Source of the DNA: Planctomycetaceae bacterium
Lineage (GTDB): Bacteria; Planctomycetota; Planctomycetia; Pirellulales; PALSA-1355
Direction: 5' to 3'
DNA length: 64,000 nt
NCBI GenBank assembly: GCA_003153375.1
Contig: PLYM01000194.1
Location: 20,879-84,878 of the forward strand
The translations under genes were made by a program, and so were the position numbers. The notes under the pieces are model-generated. The model searched no databases and was not told the DNA's origin. It worked only from the letters and a program-made list of their open reading frames with translations. Positions 10,153-21,654 of the stretch are shown here, piece by piece (the first letter of the stretch is position 1; each line of letters opens with the position of its first letter).

Positions 10153-11724
10153 CTAATCGATGACGCTCAGTTTCAACTGGCCGACGACCTGCGCCACCGG
10201 CAGAAAGCTGCTATACGCCGCCGGACCGTCGAGGCTTGAATCGGTGAGCTTGAGGTAGGCCGCGCTCGTACCTCCCTGCCCCAACACGGCGTCCATCGGC
10301 ACCCAGGTGCCGTCGAGATACAGCTCGGTCCACATGTGATAGCCGAAGCCGCCGGCGCTTTCGACGTAAACCAGGCCGATCGCGACGCGAGAGGGAATCT
10401 GGCAGGCGCGCGCGAGCGCCGCCAGCAGCACGGCGTGCTCGGTGCAGTCGCCTTCGCGCGACTCGGCCACTTCGGCCGCCGTGGCGAAGGCTTGCGAGAA
10501 GTTCTTTTTGGTCACGGCGCGATTCACGAACTTCTCCAGTGCCACGGCCACCTCGCGCGGACTGGTGGCCGTGCCCTTGCCCTCTTTGGCCATGGCCAGC
10601 ACCCGCGGATCGTCGATTTGCAGCACGTTGTTGGCCGAGGTGTATTGCTTGCCCACGGCTGGCGCGGCTTTGTCGACCGCTGGCAAGTCTTGAGGCCGCA
10701 GGCTGCGCACGGTCACCTCGGCCGTGTGTGGACCGAGCGACTTGACGGCCTGCGTCGGACCCGTGGCAAAGACTTTCGCCGGGTCGTCGTCGGTCAATTC
10801 GACCCGATAGCGAACTTCCTTGGTGCGGTGCGGATTGGGCAAGGGCTGGGGCAGTTTGACGATCAGGTCGTTGCCCAGGTCAAAACTCGCGCCAGCCGGC
10901 TGTTCGGCCAGGGCCAGTTCGCGCGTCGTGCGATACGACTCCTGTTTGAGGGCCGCCACGCGGGATTTGATCGTATGGCCCTGGGCGTCGACCCACTCGG
11001 TCGAGGCGATCAGGTTGCCGTCGGGCAAACTGGCCTTGCAGTCGACCTTGAGCAGCCGGGTCTGGGTGCCCAGCACCGACGTGGTTTCGAAGTCGCGGGC
11101 CTTGAGCTCGATCTGGGCCACCTGGTTCACCACGGGCATCAGCATCTTGAACTTCCGTTTCTCGCCCGGTTTGAGCGGCTGCTCTTCGAGCGAACGCTCG
11201 GACGCCCGAAAACCGCGAATGTCGTCCGACCAGGGCAGGCGGTCGGTCGTCGTCCGTCCCTGGGTCACGGTCTGGATCACCATCTGCGAGCCGTCGACGT
11301 GGCCCTCGACGCGCGTGGGCGTGGGACCGAAGGTGATGTCGGCCTTGAACGAAACCAGCTTTCCCTCCGGCGTTTCCCAGCACCAGGTTTTGAATTCTTG
11401 CTCGGTCTTCTGGCCGAATCGGGCAATCGACAGATGGTTGAGGGTTTCGGTCTCGATCAGCTTTTGGCCGTCGCGTTCCACGCGGCGCTCGATCGTGTGG
11501 CCGTAGCCGATTTTCGTATCCTGGAGATAGAAGGCCTCCCAAGTGTCCTCCAGGGCCGGCGCCTGAGTTTCGGCCGCATGCGCTCGGGGCGCCGGAGCTT
11601 CGGTCTTGGGCCACAGCGGGATCATCACGGCCAAGGCCACGACCGACCCCAGAATCCACAGCCGTGCCAGTCCAGCGGGGGCACGCGGGAATCGATTGGG
11701 CTTCGCGACGCGAATTATAGACAT
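10153..11724 (-). CDS. transglutaminase-like domain protein, membrane anchored
   Basis: Core motif 'REGDCTEHAVLLAALARACQIPSRVAIGLVY' plus an N-terminal TM helix. Confidence 0.8.
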   Translation of the reverse strand: MSIIRVAKPNRFPRAPAGLARLWILGSVVALAVMIPLWPKTEAPAPRAHAAETQAPALEDTWEAFYLQDTKIGYGHTIERRVERDGQKLIETETLNHLSIARFGQKTEQEFKTWCWETPEGKLVSFKADITFGPTPTRVEGHVDGSQMVIQTVTQGRTTTDRLPWSDDIRGFRASERSLEEQPLKPGEKRKFKMLMPVVNQVAQIELKARDFETTSVLGTQTRLLKVDCKASLPDGNLIASTEWVDAQGHTIKSRVAALKQESYRTTRELALAEQPAGASFDLGNDLIVKLPQPLPNPHRTKEVRYRVELTDDDPAKVFATGPTQAVKSLGPHTAEVTVRSLRPQDLPAVDKAAPAVGKQYTSANNVLQIDDPRVLAMAKEGKGTATSPREVAVALEKFVNRAVTKKNFSQAFATAAEVAESREGDCTEHAVLLAALARACQIPSRVAIGLVYVESAGGFGYHMWTELYLDGTWVPMDAVLGQGGTSAAYLKLTDSSLDGPAAYSSFLPVAQVVGQLKLSVID

Positions 11725-12287
11725 GGGAATGGTGCCCTCAGGGCTGTGCTAACGAATGCTCAAGGCTGAGCCAAAAAAAAGGCCGTCCGGGCCGCACTCC
11801 CTTGATTGTATCGCCCTCGACCCCGATGATTCCAGACGACAACCTGTACGACGCATCTCTCGGGGCTACGATCGCCCTCGTGTTTTCCAATTCAACCCTG
11901 CCGCGCTCAAGGTCCGGGCTGTTTGGGCCAACTTTGCCTGCGGGGCATTTCTTCGTTTTCCGACCCGGTGCGGCAACGTGGAAAAGTTCTCTGCCCACAC
12001 CGGGCCTGCGCGGCGACGCCAACGAATCGACGGTGGTAGAGTTAGTGTATTCGCGCGGCGGCGCGGGAAAATTCGCGATTTCGGCCTGTTTTCGCGGCGT
12101 CTGCGGGGTCGCGCAAGCGACCGATGCGACGGATTATGCCGTTTCTACAGGCCCCCGGAAGCTGCCAGGAAAACTTGTCCAATTGCGCCGTCGAGCGCCG
12201 TACGTCGCCTCCAACGTAACCTAAGCTTCCCTTAGAACGATTTCCAAGCCGATAGGCACTTTGAGTTTGCTAATTTTGAGGTCGCCG

Positions 12288-12983
12288 ATGGGGTTTCTGA
12301 AGAAATTCATTCGCAACGTGTTCCGCGATGGAATGCCGGCACATACCACCAGCAGCTTCGCACGCCTCACCGACGAGGAATTGGAAGCTCACCTGGGTGT
12401 GGCGCGCTACGGCGATTTCACGCTGCCGGGAGCCGTCCGCCCGTCCTACGACTTGCAGGTCGTGCCGTGCCAAGGCTACCGGCATGACGTCTATCGCGAC
12501 GACGAGAACAAGACGACCGTGCCGGTGCTGATGGGAGCGGCTTCCAGCGAGCGGCTGTTCGACATGTTCCTCGAAATCCTGGATCCCTTGGGACCCGAGG
12601 TCGACGTCGTGCTCGAAACCAGCCACAACCGCGAGGCCCGCGGCCATGTGGACCTGTATCGCGAGCACATCGATCTGCCGGTGCTCAAGAGCATCCTCTG
12701 CGACTATGAAGATCTGCTGGTCAACGACGGCTGCACGGGCATCGCCGTGCTCAACCCCTCGATTCCGCAGGAAGTGCAGTTCGACGAGCACAAGCTGCTG
12801 ATCGTCTACGGCAGTCACTTGCACGAATACGAGCGGATCTTTGCCGACCGTGGCGTGCGCTGCAACGACCAGATGAAGTTCATCACCGAAGCCGAGCACG
12901 TCCACTCTTCGAGCGAGGACTTCGGCGAGCAGTTCGAAGAGCTCAAAATCCGCCTGGGCATCGATTCCCACTTCGGCTGCTGA
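12288..12983 (+). CDS. hypothetical protein
   Basis: Acidic protein starting at MGFLKKFIRN. Composition looks coding. No domain recognised. Confidence 0.5.
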   Translation: MGFLKKFIRNVFRDGMPAHTTSSFARLTDEELEAHLGVARYGDFTLPGAVRPSYDLQVVPCQGYRHDVYRDDENKTTVPVLMGAASSERLFDMFLEILDPLGPEVDVVLETSHNREARGHVDLYREHIDLPVLKSILCDYEDLLVNDGCTGIAVLNPSIPQEVQFDEHKLLIVYGSHLHEYERIFADRGVRCNDQMKFITEAEHVHSSSEDFGEQFEELKIRLGIDSHFGC

Positions 12984-13055
12984 GAGCGGAATTCAAGGCT
13001 GTAGACCGAGGGCTGAAGGCGGAAGGGTGCAAACGGGCCCACGGCCCGCCCGCTG

Positions 13056-13331
13056 CTATTCCGCGTGGATCATGGTCAGCGTGCGGTCGCGATTGGTGAC
13101 GATCACCAGGCGCTCACCCGAGGCGACCTGATAGGCCGATTGCACGTTGAACGATTCGGCCAAGCCGCGCTCGTTGACCATCCGAACCTGGTCGCTCACG
13201 TCGCCCCAATCTCCGGCCTGGTGCTGGGCCAACAGCTCATCCACCGACAATCCGCTGGCTTCCAGCGCTGCCGACGCGGCGGGCGTGATCACGATCTGGC
13301 CGAGTTCGAATTTCGCGTGTTGAGCTCTCAA
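13056..13331 (-). CDS. small GDWGD-motif protein (family usually seen on plasmids and ICEs)
   Basis: 91 aa. '...HQAGDWGDVSDQVRMVNERGLAESFNVQSAY...RLVIVTNRDRTLTMI' matches, from memory, the small 'plasmid-related' family (GDWGD...N..A...G.R..S.Y...IIT..DRS.TTI). Confidence 0.6.
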   Translation of the reverse strand: MRAQHAKFELGQIVITPAASAALEASGLSVDELLAQHQAGDWGDVSDQVRMVNERGLAESFNVQSAYQVASGERLVIVTNRDRTLTMIHAE

Positions 13332-13534
13332 TGGGATGGCTTCCGTAAAAGACGCTTGCCCCCCCGCCTGCTGGCAACTCTGCCGCCTGTTCGCAACTCC
13401 TCATTGTGCCGACCCCGGCGCGTTTGTAAACCAGCGCGGCGAAAATCGACACAAATCAAACGGGACTCGAACACACATCAGCCAGTGGCCGCGCATGCTT
13501 TCGCGCACCTGCTGCATGTGGTATCAACAAATCC

Positions 13535-14890
13535 ATGGACATTCCCCCCACACTGCTCGAGGCTGCCGCGGCGATTGCTCACGGAACACTAACACCCTTG
13601 CAACTCACCGCCGACTGCCTGAGTCGCATCGGTCGTTACGAGCCGCGGGTTTCTGCCTGGGTACACGTCGACACACCTGGCGCCATGCATGCTGCCCAAA
13701 TTCTGACGCAACAGCTAATCGCCGGCACGAGCCGGGGACCGCTGCACGGAATTCCGCTGGCGATCAAAGACGTGGTCGACGTGGCCGGCATGCCGACCCG
13801 GGCCGGCTCGTCGCTCACCGACGCGCGTCCGGCATCGGCCGACGCTCCGGTGGTGGCTCGCTTGCGAGCGGCCGGCGCGATCATCCTGGGCAAGACCGTG
13901 ACCACCGAGTTCGCCTGTTTCGATCCGCCGCCGACCAAGAATCCCTGGAACCTTGCTCACACGCCCGGCGGTTCGTCGAGCGGCTCGGCTGCCGCGCTGG
14001 CTCTGGGGATGTGCTTGGGCGCGATCGGTTCTCAAACCGGCGGTTCGATCACGCGGCCGGCCAGCTTTTGTGGCGTGTCGGGTTGCAAGCCCTCGTTCGG
14101 CCGCGTCAGCCGCCGCGGCGCCGTGCCGGTGACGTTTCACCTCGACCACGTCGGCCCGCTGGCCCGCACGGCGGCCGATTGTGCCGTGTTGCTCTCGGTC
14201 ATGGCCGGCGACGATCCGCTCGACCCGGCCAGCAGCCCGCGTGTCGCGGAAGACTTTTCCGTAGCCGTTGAGGCTCGCGCCGCACGCCCTCCACGGCTGG
14301 GAGTGATCCGGCCGTTTTTCTTCGACCGCGCCGAAAGCGAAGTCGCGCGGCTGACCCAGTCGGCCCTCGACGTGCTCGTCGCCGCCGGCGCCGAGGTGAT
14401 CGACGTGCCGCTGCCCGTTGGCTTCGACACGGTTCACGCGATGCACCGCAGGATCATGGCCTGCGAAGCCGCCGACTATCATCGCCGGCAATTCGGCGCC
14501 CCCTGCCCGGGCTACAGTCCCAAGCTGGCTGCGTTGCTCGACGAAGGTTTTGCCACGTCGATGGCCGATTATCAGGAAGCCTTGCGCCACCAGGCGGCTT
14601 TTGGTCACGCCGTCGAGCGCTCGACCCACGACGTGGACGCCCTGGTCACCCCCTCGACCCCCACCGCCGCCCCGGGCCTGGAAACCACCGGCGACCCCCT
14701 GTTCAACTCTCCCTGGAGCCACGCCGGCGTGCCGACCGTCTCGATTCCCTGCGCCCTGACTGCCGCGGGGCTGCCCCTCTCGCTCCAACTCATCGGCCCC
14801 CGGTGGAGCGAAGTCCCGTTGCTGGCCGTCGCCGTCTGGTGCGAGCGATTGCTCGATTTTCGCTGCGCGCCACCGATGTTGGCCGATTAA
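13535..14890 (+). CDS. amidase (amidase-signature family, GatA-like)
   Basis: Amidase-signature block 'GGSSSGSAAALALG' and 'GSQTGGSITRPASFCGV'. Confidence 0.85.
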   Translation: MDIPPTLLEAAAAIAHGTLTPLQLTADCLSRIGRYEPRVSAWVHVDTPGAMHAAQILTQQLIAGTSRGPLHGIPLAIKDVVDVAGMPTRAGSSLTDARPASADAPVVARLRAAGAIILGKTVTTEFACFDPPPTKNPWNLAHTPGGSSSGSAAALALGMCLGAIGSQTGGSITRPASFCGVSGCKPSFGRVSRRGAVPVTFHLDHVGPLARTAADCAVLLSVMAGDDPLDPASSPRVAEDFSVAVEARAARPPRLGVIRPFFFDRAESEVARLTQSALDVLVAAGAEVIDVPLPVGFDTVHAMHRRIMACEAADYHRRQFGAPCPGYSPKLAALLDEGFATSMADYQEALRHQAAFGHAVERSTHDVDALVTPSTPTAAPGLETTGDPLFNSPWSHAGVPTVSIPCALTAAGLPLSLQLIGPRWSEVPLLAVAVWCERLLDFRCAPPMLAD

Positions 14891-14936
14891 CTCCGCCCGT
14901 GAGACTTGCGGAGGTCTGCGAAAGGATTCGGACGCG

Positions 14937-15476
14937 ATGGAAACGAACGCCGCCTTGAAGCGAAACGTCGAGCTCAAGGCCCGCTGCCCGGACTTGGACC
15001 GCGCCCAGGCGATCGCGAAGGAACTGGGGGCCGGCGATCCGACAATCGAGCATCAGCGTGACACGTACTTTCACGTTTCGCACGGCCGTTTGAAGCTGCG
15101 CGAAATTGAAGGTCGCGGGGCGACCCTGATCTGGTACGACCGGCCCGACGACAGCCACGCGCGGCTGAGCCGCTACCTGATCACGCCAGTCGCCGACGCC
15201 GAAACGACCCGGCAAATTCTCTCCCTGGCGCTCGGTGTCCATCGCGTCGTCGAGAAAGAGCGGCAGATCATGTTGTATCGCAACGTCCGCCTGCACTTCG
15301 ACCGCGTCGCCGGCCTCGGCGACTTCATCGAATTCGAAGCCGTACTATCGCCCGAAGAGCCAGAACCATCCGGCCAGGACATCCTGGCGGAATTGCGAAT
15401 CCGCTTCGCCATTACCGACGCCGACGTTTTTCAAGGCTCGTATGAAGCGATGCCGCCCAACCCATCAAGTATCTAA
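14937..15476 (+). CDS. CYTH domain protein / class IV adenylate cyclase-like
   Basis: N-terminal 'NVELKARC' (ExExK-type) and a size of about 180 aa. Confidence 0.7.
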   Translation: METNAALKRNVELKARCPDLDRAQAIAKELGAGDPTIEHQRDTYFHVSHGRLKLREIEGRGATLIWYDRPDDSHARLSRYLITPVADAETTRQILSLALGVHRVVEKERQIMLYRNVRLHFDRVAGLGDFIEFEAVLSPEEPEPSGQDILAELRIRFAITDADVFQGSYEAMPPNPSSI

Positions 15477-15776
15477 GCTCGCCAGAAACTCGCCCATCTC
15501 GGCCGCCGCGTGGGCGTTGCCCTCAATGTGGGCGGCGGCGATGCCGGAACGCAGGACGTCGGCGGCTTCGTCGCTGCGGTCCAAGCGGGCCAGCTGTTGG
15601 GCCGCCATGAAGAAGGCCGGCACGTACGGCGGGCTCTCGCCTGTCAGTCGCTGATACTCGGCCAGGCTCCGCTCGTGCTCCCCTTCCTTGTCCAACTCCA
15701 TCGCCAGGCTATAGCGCAGGAACACATCGTCGGGCTCGTCGACGAGCATGGCTTCGATTTTTTCGCGGCGCGACAT
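15465..15776 (-). CDS. small tetratricopeptide-repeat protein
   Basis: 103 aa with TPR-like helices. Its 3' end overlaps the convergent CYTH gene by 12 nt. Confidence 0.6.
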   Translation of the reverse strand: MSRREKIEAMLVDEPDDVFLRYSLAMELDKEGEHERSLAEYQRLTGESPPYVPAFFMAAQQLARLDRSDEAADVLRSGIAAAHIEGNAHAAAEMGEFLASLDT

Positions 15777-15780
15777 GGGG

Positions 15781-15910
15781 GGAAGGCTGGAGGCCGGAGG
15801 CTGGAGGGGGCAGGAAAAAACCGGACTGAACTATTCGCACATCGGAAGCATGGATCCTGTCTTCTTTGTTTTCGTTTTTTCGTCCTCCGGTCTCCAGCCT
15901 CCGGCCTGAC
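15781..15910. repeat. 130-bp palindromic GC-rich intergenic element (family 'ggaggccggaggctggag'), copy E1
   Basis: The arms ccggaggctggag / ctccagcctccgg can pair. The element fills the whole leuD-to-TPR intergenic gap. Its reverse complement aligns with 18110..18240. Confidence 0.8.
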
Positions 15911-15911
15911 T

Positions 15912-16499
15912 TCAAACCACGTGCGCCGCCTCATACGCGCTGATCTTGGCTTCGTGCTCCAGCGTCAGCCCGATGTCGTCCAGGCCGTTGAGCAGGCAGT
16001 GGCGGCGGAACGATTCGACTTCGAAGGGAATCGACAACCCGGCGGTGTCGGTGATTTTGCAGGTTTCGAGGTCGACGGTCAGGTGATAACTGTTGGTTTT
16101 GGCGCGGCGGAACAGGTCGTCGACTTGTTCTTCGCTCAGCCGGATCGGCAGCATGCCGTTCTTGAAGCAGTTGTTGAAGAAGATGTCGGCGAAGCTGGGC
16201 GCGATTACCACCTGAAAGCCGTAATCCTGCAACGCCCAGGGGGCATGCTCGCGGCTCGAGCCACTGCCGAAGTTGCGACGGGCCAGCAGAATGCTCGCAC
16301 CCTTCAGGGCCGGCTGGTTCAGCTCGAACTCCGCGTTGGGCGTGCCGTCGTCGTGAAAGCGCCAATCGAAGAACAAGAATTGGCCGAAGCCGGTGCGCTC
16401 GATCCGCTTCAAGAACTGCTTGGGAATGATCTGATCGGTATCCACGTTGGCCCGATCCATGGCGGCCACCAGGCCGGTGTGCTTCTTGAAGGGCTGCAT
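15912..16499 (-). CDS. leuD: 3-isopropylmalate dehydratase small subunit
   Basis: '[39 protein letters not shown]' is the canonical LeuD N-terminus. Confidence 0.95.
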   Translation of the reverse strand: MQPFKKHTGLVAAMDRANVDTDQIIPKQFLKRIERTGFGQFLFFDWRFHDDGTPNAEFELNQPALKGASILLARRNFGSGSSREHAPWALQDYGFQVVIAPSFADIFFNNCFKNGMLPIRLSEEQVDDLFRRAKTNSYHLTVDLETCKITDTAGLSIPFEVESFRRHCLLNGLDDIGLTLEHEAKISAYEAAHVV

Positions 16500-16593
16500 G
16501 TCGAAAGCATTTCCGAAAGAGGGTTCGAGAATCGTCCGGGACGCGGCCAATGCGCGATTCAGTGCCCCGGCCTGCCGTTAATTCCGCGGGCCG

Positions 16594-18012
<1,419 letters not shown>

Positions 18013-18109
18013 GGGTGGGGTCGAATAGCGGGATAGAAGTCAATCAAGCCCTTAATTCTACACTACCGCACGACAGCGGGCGACCGGCCCAGGTTCGGGG
18101 GAAGGAGGG

Positions 18110-18240
18110 GGAAGACAGGCCGGAGGCTGGAGACGGGAGGCCGGAGGACGCAGAGACGAAGAAACGAAAACAAGCGCAAATGCTGCAGCGCGGCCGTAAC
18201 CTGGAAACTCCGGCCTCCGGCCTCCGGTCTCCAGCCTCTC
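18110..18240. repeat. 130-bp palindromic GC-rich intergenic element, copy E2 (inverted relative to E1)
   Basis: Arms aggccggaggctggagacgggaggccggagg / ctccggcctccggcctccggtctccagcctc. The loop segment 'gaagaaacgaaaacaag' matches the reverse complement of the E1 loop. Confidence 0.8.
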
Positions 18241-18241
18241 C

Positions 18242-18787
18242 TCACGCCGCGCGATGCCGGCGACCGGCGCTGGCCAGTGCTTCGATCTGGCTGGCCGGCA
18301 GCAAGGTGGGGACGGTCGCGCCCTCGACGGTCAGCTCGCGATAGACGACCGACTTCGGGTGCAGCATCCGCGGCAGGTAGAACCAGACGCCCGCCAGAGT
18401 GGCGTCGTCATGGCTGGCCGAGATGATGATCAGGTCCATGTTCTGCAGCGCGTTGGCACTGCGCTGCACGGCCGACGCATCGCCCGGAATGAGTTGCACC
18501 TGGGCGCCCGTTGCTTTGAAGATGCGATGGGCATCCTTGAGCGAGAGGCTGGCGGCCTGCTCCTTGGGCCGGGCCTCGAACAGGTCGATGGCCACATAGC
18601 GCACCACTTCGCCGGCGGTCTGGCGCTGGGCAACGCCAATCATCCGCTGCACACGGGCGACACTGCCGATGCCGATCTCCAGAATCTTGCGGACGTTCTG
18701 CCGCTGGATCACGCGGTAGAGTGCTCGATCCGGCTTGGGCTTTGAAAGATAGGCAAGATACAGGTACTTGAGCCGGCTGGTAGCCAC
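18242..18787 (-). CDS. class I SAM-dependent methyltransferase-like protein
   Basis: Start placed at a GTG (MATSRLKYLYL...). The motif 'ILEIGIGS...VRYVAIDLFE' resembles an AdoMet-binding fold. The upstream 150 aa of the 333-aa ORF are Arg/Gly/Pro-rich and overlap the murJ 5' region. Confidence 0.5.
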   Translation of the reverse strand: MATSRLKYLYLAYLSKPKPDRALYRVIQRQNVRKILEIGIGSVARVQRMIGVAQRQTAGEVVRYVAIDLFEARPKEQAASLSLKDAHRIFKATGAQVQLIPGDASAVQRSANALQNMDLIIISASHDDATLAGVWFYLPRMLHPKSVVYRELTVEGATVPTLLPASQIEALASAGRRHRAA

Positions 18788-18994
18788 GATTGCGCCCTTT
18801 GTGTGCCATTCCCTTGGTACTTTCCTAACTTCGGATAACGGGGGGCAAGAAATGGAGTGGAAATAGACCGCGAATCGTCGAGAATATGGGTGGTTTGGGT
18901 GCCCGTTTTCGCTCGGCTCGTAGACGCTCGGTCGACGACGCGCTCGAATCGTCCGCCGGGGCCACGACCATAACGAAATCGTGTTCCCCCGTGC

Positions 18995-20401
18995 TTGGGT
19001 CTTTCCCTTCCAATGCTCGACCCCGAATTGCCCACCACCTCTGAGCCGGCGTTGTCCCCGTGGGACGGTCATCGTCGGATGTTGGCCAGTGCAGCCATCT
19101 GGGGCTCGGTGACGTTGCTGGCCAAGTTCGTGGCCTTTGGCAAGGATTGGCTGGTTGCCCAGCGGTTTGGAGCTGGCGACGAGCTGGATGCCTTTCTGGT
19201 GGCGCTGTTGATTCCGACCTACGCGGTCGCCGTGCTCTCGCACTCGTTTGCATCCGGATTTCTGCCCACCTACCTACGCCTTTGGCAACGAGCAGGGCAG
19301 GCAGCCGCCGGTCGACTTGTCGGCAGCGCGCTGGCCGCGGCGATCGTCTTGATGATCGCGGCCGTCGTCTTGCTGACCGTTCTTTCGCCCTGGCTCCTTC
19401 CCCTGCTTGGCGAAGGCTTCGATAGCGCGAAGCTGGCCTTGGCGCAATCGCTGTTTTTTGTGCTGGCCGGCATGGTGGCGATCACCGGAGTCTCGGCTGT
19501 CTTGGCGGCGGTGCTCAACGCTCACGAGCGATTTACGATCACCGCCTGGGCCCCGCTGGCAGTGCCGCTGGGCACGATCGCCGTCTTTTGGCCGTTGGAA
19601 GGCCCCCACGCGATCGAGGCCTTGGCCTGGGGAACCCTGTTGGGCTATGGCCTGGAAGCGGCCGTGCTGGCCGTCGGAGCCTATCGCCGGGGCCTGTTGC
19701 CCGTGCCGCGCTGGCAGGGGCTCGATGAGGATTTACGGCACGTCGCCGCGCAGTACCTGCCGATCGCGCTAGGGGCGGTGCTGATGAGCAGTTCGATCCT
19801 GATCGATCAGTCGATGGCCGCTAGCCTGGGCAGCGGCAATGTGTCGGTACTCAACTTCGGCAACAAGATTCCGGCCCTGCTGCTGAGCATCGTGGCCATC
19901 AGTCTGAGCACCGTGTTGTTTCCGCGCTTCGCGCGGCTGATCATGGCTCGCCAATGGAATGAGCTGGAACGCATGATCCAGCTCTATGCCACCGTGATTC
20001 TGCTCGGATCGGTTCCGCTGCTGGTGCTCCTGGCCTTCTTTTCCGAGCCGCTGGTCGGCCTGTTGTTCCAACGGGGCGCGTTCACGGCCGAGATCACGCA
20101 TGCCGTCGCGCGGGTGCAGATTGGTTACCTGCCGCAAGTGCCGTTCGCCGTGCTGGTGATGATCGGCTATCGGCTGCTGAGCGCGCTCGATAGCAATCGC
20201 ACGGTGCTGGCGATCGGGGTGCTCAATCTCCTGATGAACGTAGGCGGGAACCTGATTTTGATGCACTGGTTCGGCGTTCGCGGGATCGCCCTGTCGACGT
20301 CGCTGATGTATTTCGTAGCTGCCCTCGCCACGTACACCACAATTCGCTACAAACTCGCCCAAGCGAAGGTGCAAGCCGCAGACACCATCGCGCCAGGGTA
20401 G
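18995..20401 (+). CDS. murJ: MurJ/MviN-family lipid II flippase (MOP superfamily)
   Basis: About 14 predicted hydrophobic segments. The N-terminal 'GSVTLLAKFVAFGKDWLVAQRFGAG' resembles the MurJ N-terminus. The exact start is uncertain. Confidence 0.7.
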   Translation: MGLSLPMLDPELPTTSEPALSPWDGHRRMLASAAIWGSVTLLAKFVAFGKDWLVAQRFGAGDELDAFLVALLIPTYAVAVLSHSFASGFLPTYLRLWQRAGQAAAGRLVGSALAAAIVLMIAAVVLLTVLSPWLLPLLGEGFDSAKLALAQSLFFVLAGMVAITGVSAVLAAVLNAHERFTITAWAPLAVPLGTIAVFWPLEGPHAIEALAWGTLLGYGLEAAVLAVGAYRRGLLPVPRWQGLDEDLRHVAAQYLPIALGAVLMSSSILIDQSMAASLGSGNVSVLNFGNKIPALLLSIVAISLSTVLFPRFARLIMARQWNELERMIQLYATVILLGSVPLLVLLAFFSEPLVGLLFQRGAFTAEITHAVARVQIGYLPQVPFAVLVMIGYRLLSALDSNRTVLAIGVLNLLMNVGGNLILMHWFGVRGIALSTSLMYFVAALATYTTIRYKLAQAKVQAADTIAPG

Positions 20402-20529
20402 GGTCTGGGGTGATTGGGTATTGTGGAGAAACGTGTCGGATGGCGCAAACCTTGCAGGAAGAGCGTATTTTGGGGTATTATCCCCAGTGTCCCCGTGCAT
20501 AGCCTGTCAACCAGCTGAGGCATTCGGCG

Positions 20530-21567
20530 GTGAAGTACGCCCAAATCGGTCCCATCGCGATTCATCTGCCCGAGCGGATCGAAACCAACGCCGATCTGGC
20601 CGCCCTGTTCCCCAAGTGGGACATGGACTTGATTTACAGCAAGACGGGCATCGCTGCCCGACACATCGCCGAGCCCGACGAGTGTGCGAGCGACCTGGGC
20701 GTGGCCGCCGCCGAGAAGCTGTTTGACGAACATCAGATCGATCGCGGCTCGATCGACTTTCTGCTCTTCTGCACGCAGACGCCCGACTATCCGCTGCCCA
20801 CCTCGGCCTGTTTGATGCAGCATCGGCTGGGGCTGCCCACCTCGATCGGGGCCCTGGATTTCAACCTCGGCTGCTCGGGCTTTGTCTATGGCCTGTCGCT
20901 GGCCGAGGGGCTGATCCGCGGCGGCATGGCCCAGCGCATCCTGCTGATCACGGCCGAGACTTACTCCAAATACATCGACGACGAAGACCGCTCGCTGCGC
21001 ACGATCTTTGGCGACGGCGCGGCGGCCACGCTCATCGACGCCTCGAAGACCCCTTCGCTCTCGTCGTTCTCCTTCGGCACCGACGGCAGCGCCGGCGACG
21101 CCCTGATGGTCAACAGCGGCGGCGCGCGACCAGCCGAAAGCGCTCTGCAACCGCGCAGCCGGCTGCGCTGGGCCAGCAAGCTCTACATGGACGGTCCCGG
21201 GCTGATCAAGCTGACGCTCGAAACCGTGCCCCAAACGATCGAACGCGTGCTGGCCGAGGGGCAGGTCGACGAATCGGATATCGATCTCTACCTGGTTCAC
21301 CAGGCGACGCACAAGATGCTCGATCAATTGCGCCGCGAAATGCGGGTCGACGAAGACCGCATGCCCACGGCGCTGCGCGATTATGGCAACACCGTGTCGT
21401 CGACCATTCCGATCATCATGAACGAGCTGCGTGCCAGCGGCCGTTTGCGTCGCGGCAGCCGCTGCCTGATGGCCGGCTTCGGCGTCGGCTTCTCCTGGGC
21501 CGGTTGCCTATGGACCGAAACCTGGCAAAACAAAGCCGTCACCCCCGCCGATCTCGAAGCGGCCTGA
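20530..21567 (+). CDS. 3-oxoacyl-ACP synthase III (FabH-like) family protein
   Basis: Active-site region 'LDFNLGCSGFVYGL', then 'LVHQAT' and 'YGNTVSSTIP' (Cys-His-Asn triad context). Confidence 0.8.
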   Translation: MKYAQIGPIAIHLPERIETNADLAALFPKWDMDLIYSKTGIAARHIAEPDECASDLGVAAAEKLFDEHQIDRGSIDFLLFCTQTPDYPLPTSACLMQHRLGLPTSIGALDFNLGCSGFVYGLSLAEGLIRGGMAQRILLITAETYSKYIDDEDRSLRTIFGDGAAATLIDASKTPSLSSFSFGTDGSAGDALMVNSGGARPAESALQPRSRLRWASKLYMDGPGLIKLTLETVPQTIERVLAEGQVDESDIDLYLVHQATHKMLDQLRREMRVDEDRMPTALRDYGNTVSSTIPIIMNELRASGRLRRGSRCLMAGFGVGFSWAGCLWTETWQNKAVTPADLEAA

Positions 21568-21573
21568 CTGAAA

Positions 21574-21600
21574 AAAGGGGACGGGAGTTGCGTCCCCTTT
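21574..21600. terminator. bidirectional hairpin between convergent genes
   Basis: aaaggggacg-ggagttg-cgtccccttt, with A/T runs on both sides. Confidence 0.7.
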
Positions 21601-21654
21601 AATTATTCTTGCCGGCTCGATGGAGGCCGAGGCTGGTCAGCCGGCCCCTCTATT

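Noticed and set aside
11738-12260. The 520-bp intergenic region examined for tmRNA, SRP RNA, RNase P or 6S RNA (it contains 'gccaacgaa', reminiscent of a tmRNA tag start)
   Set aside because: There is no 5' GGGG...3' T-arm/CCA-type tmRNA frame and no conserved SRP or RNase P block. A covariance-model scan would be needed to be sure.
18788-19243. N-terminal 150 aa of the 333-aa minus-strand ORF
   Set aside because: The composition is Arg/Gly/Pro-rich and it overlaps the murJ 5' region. The domain-like part begins only after the GTG at 18787.
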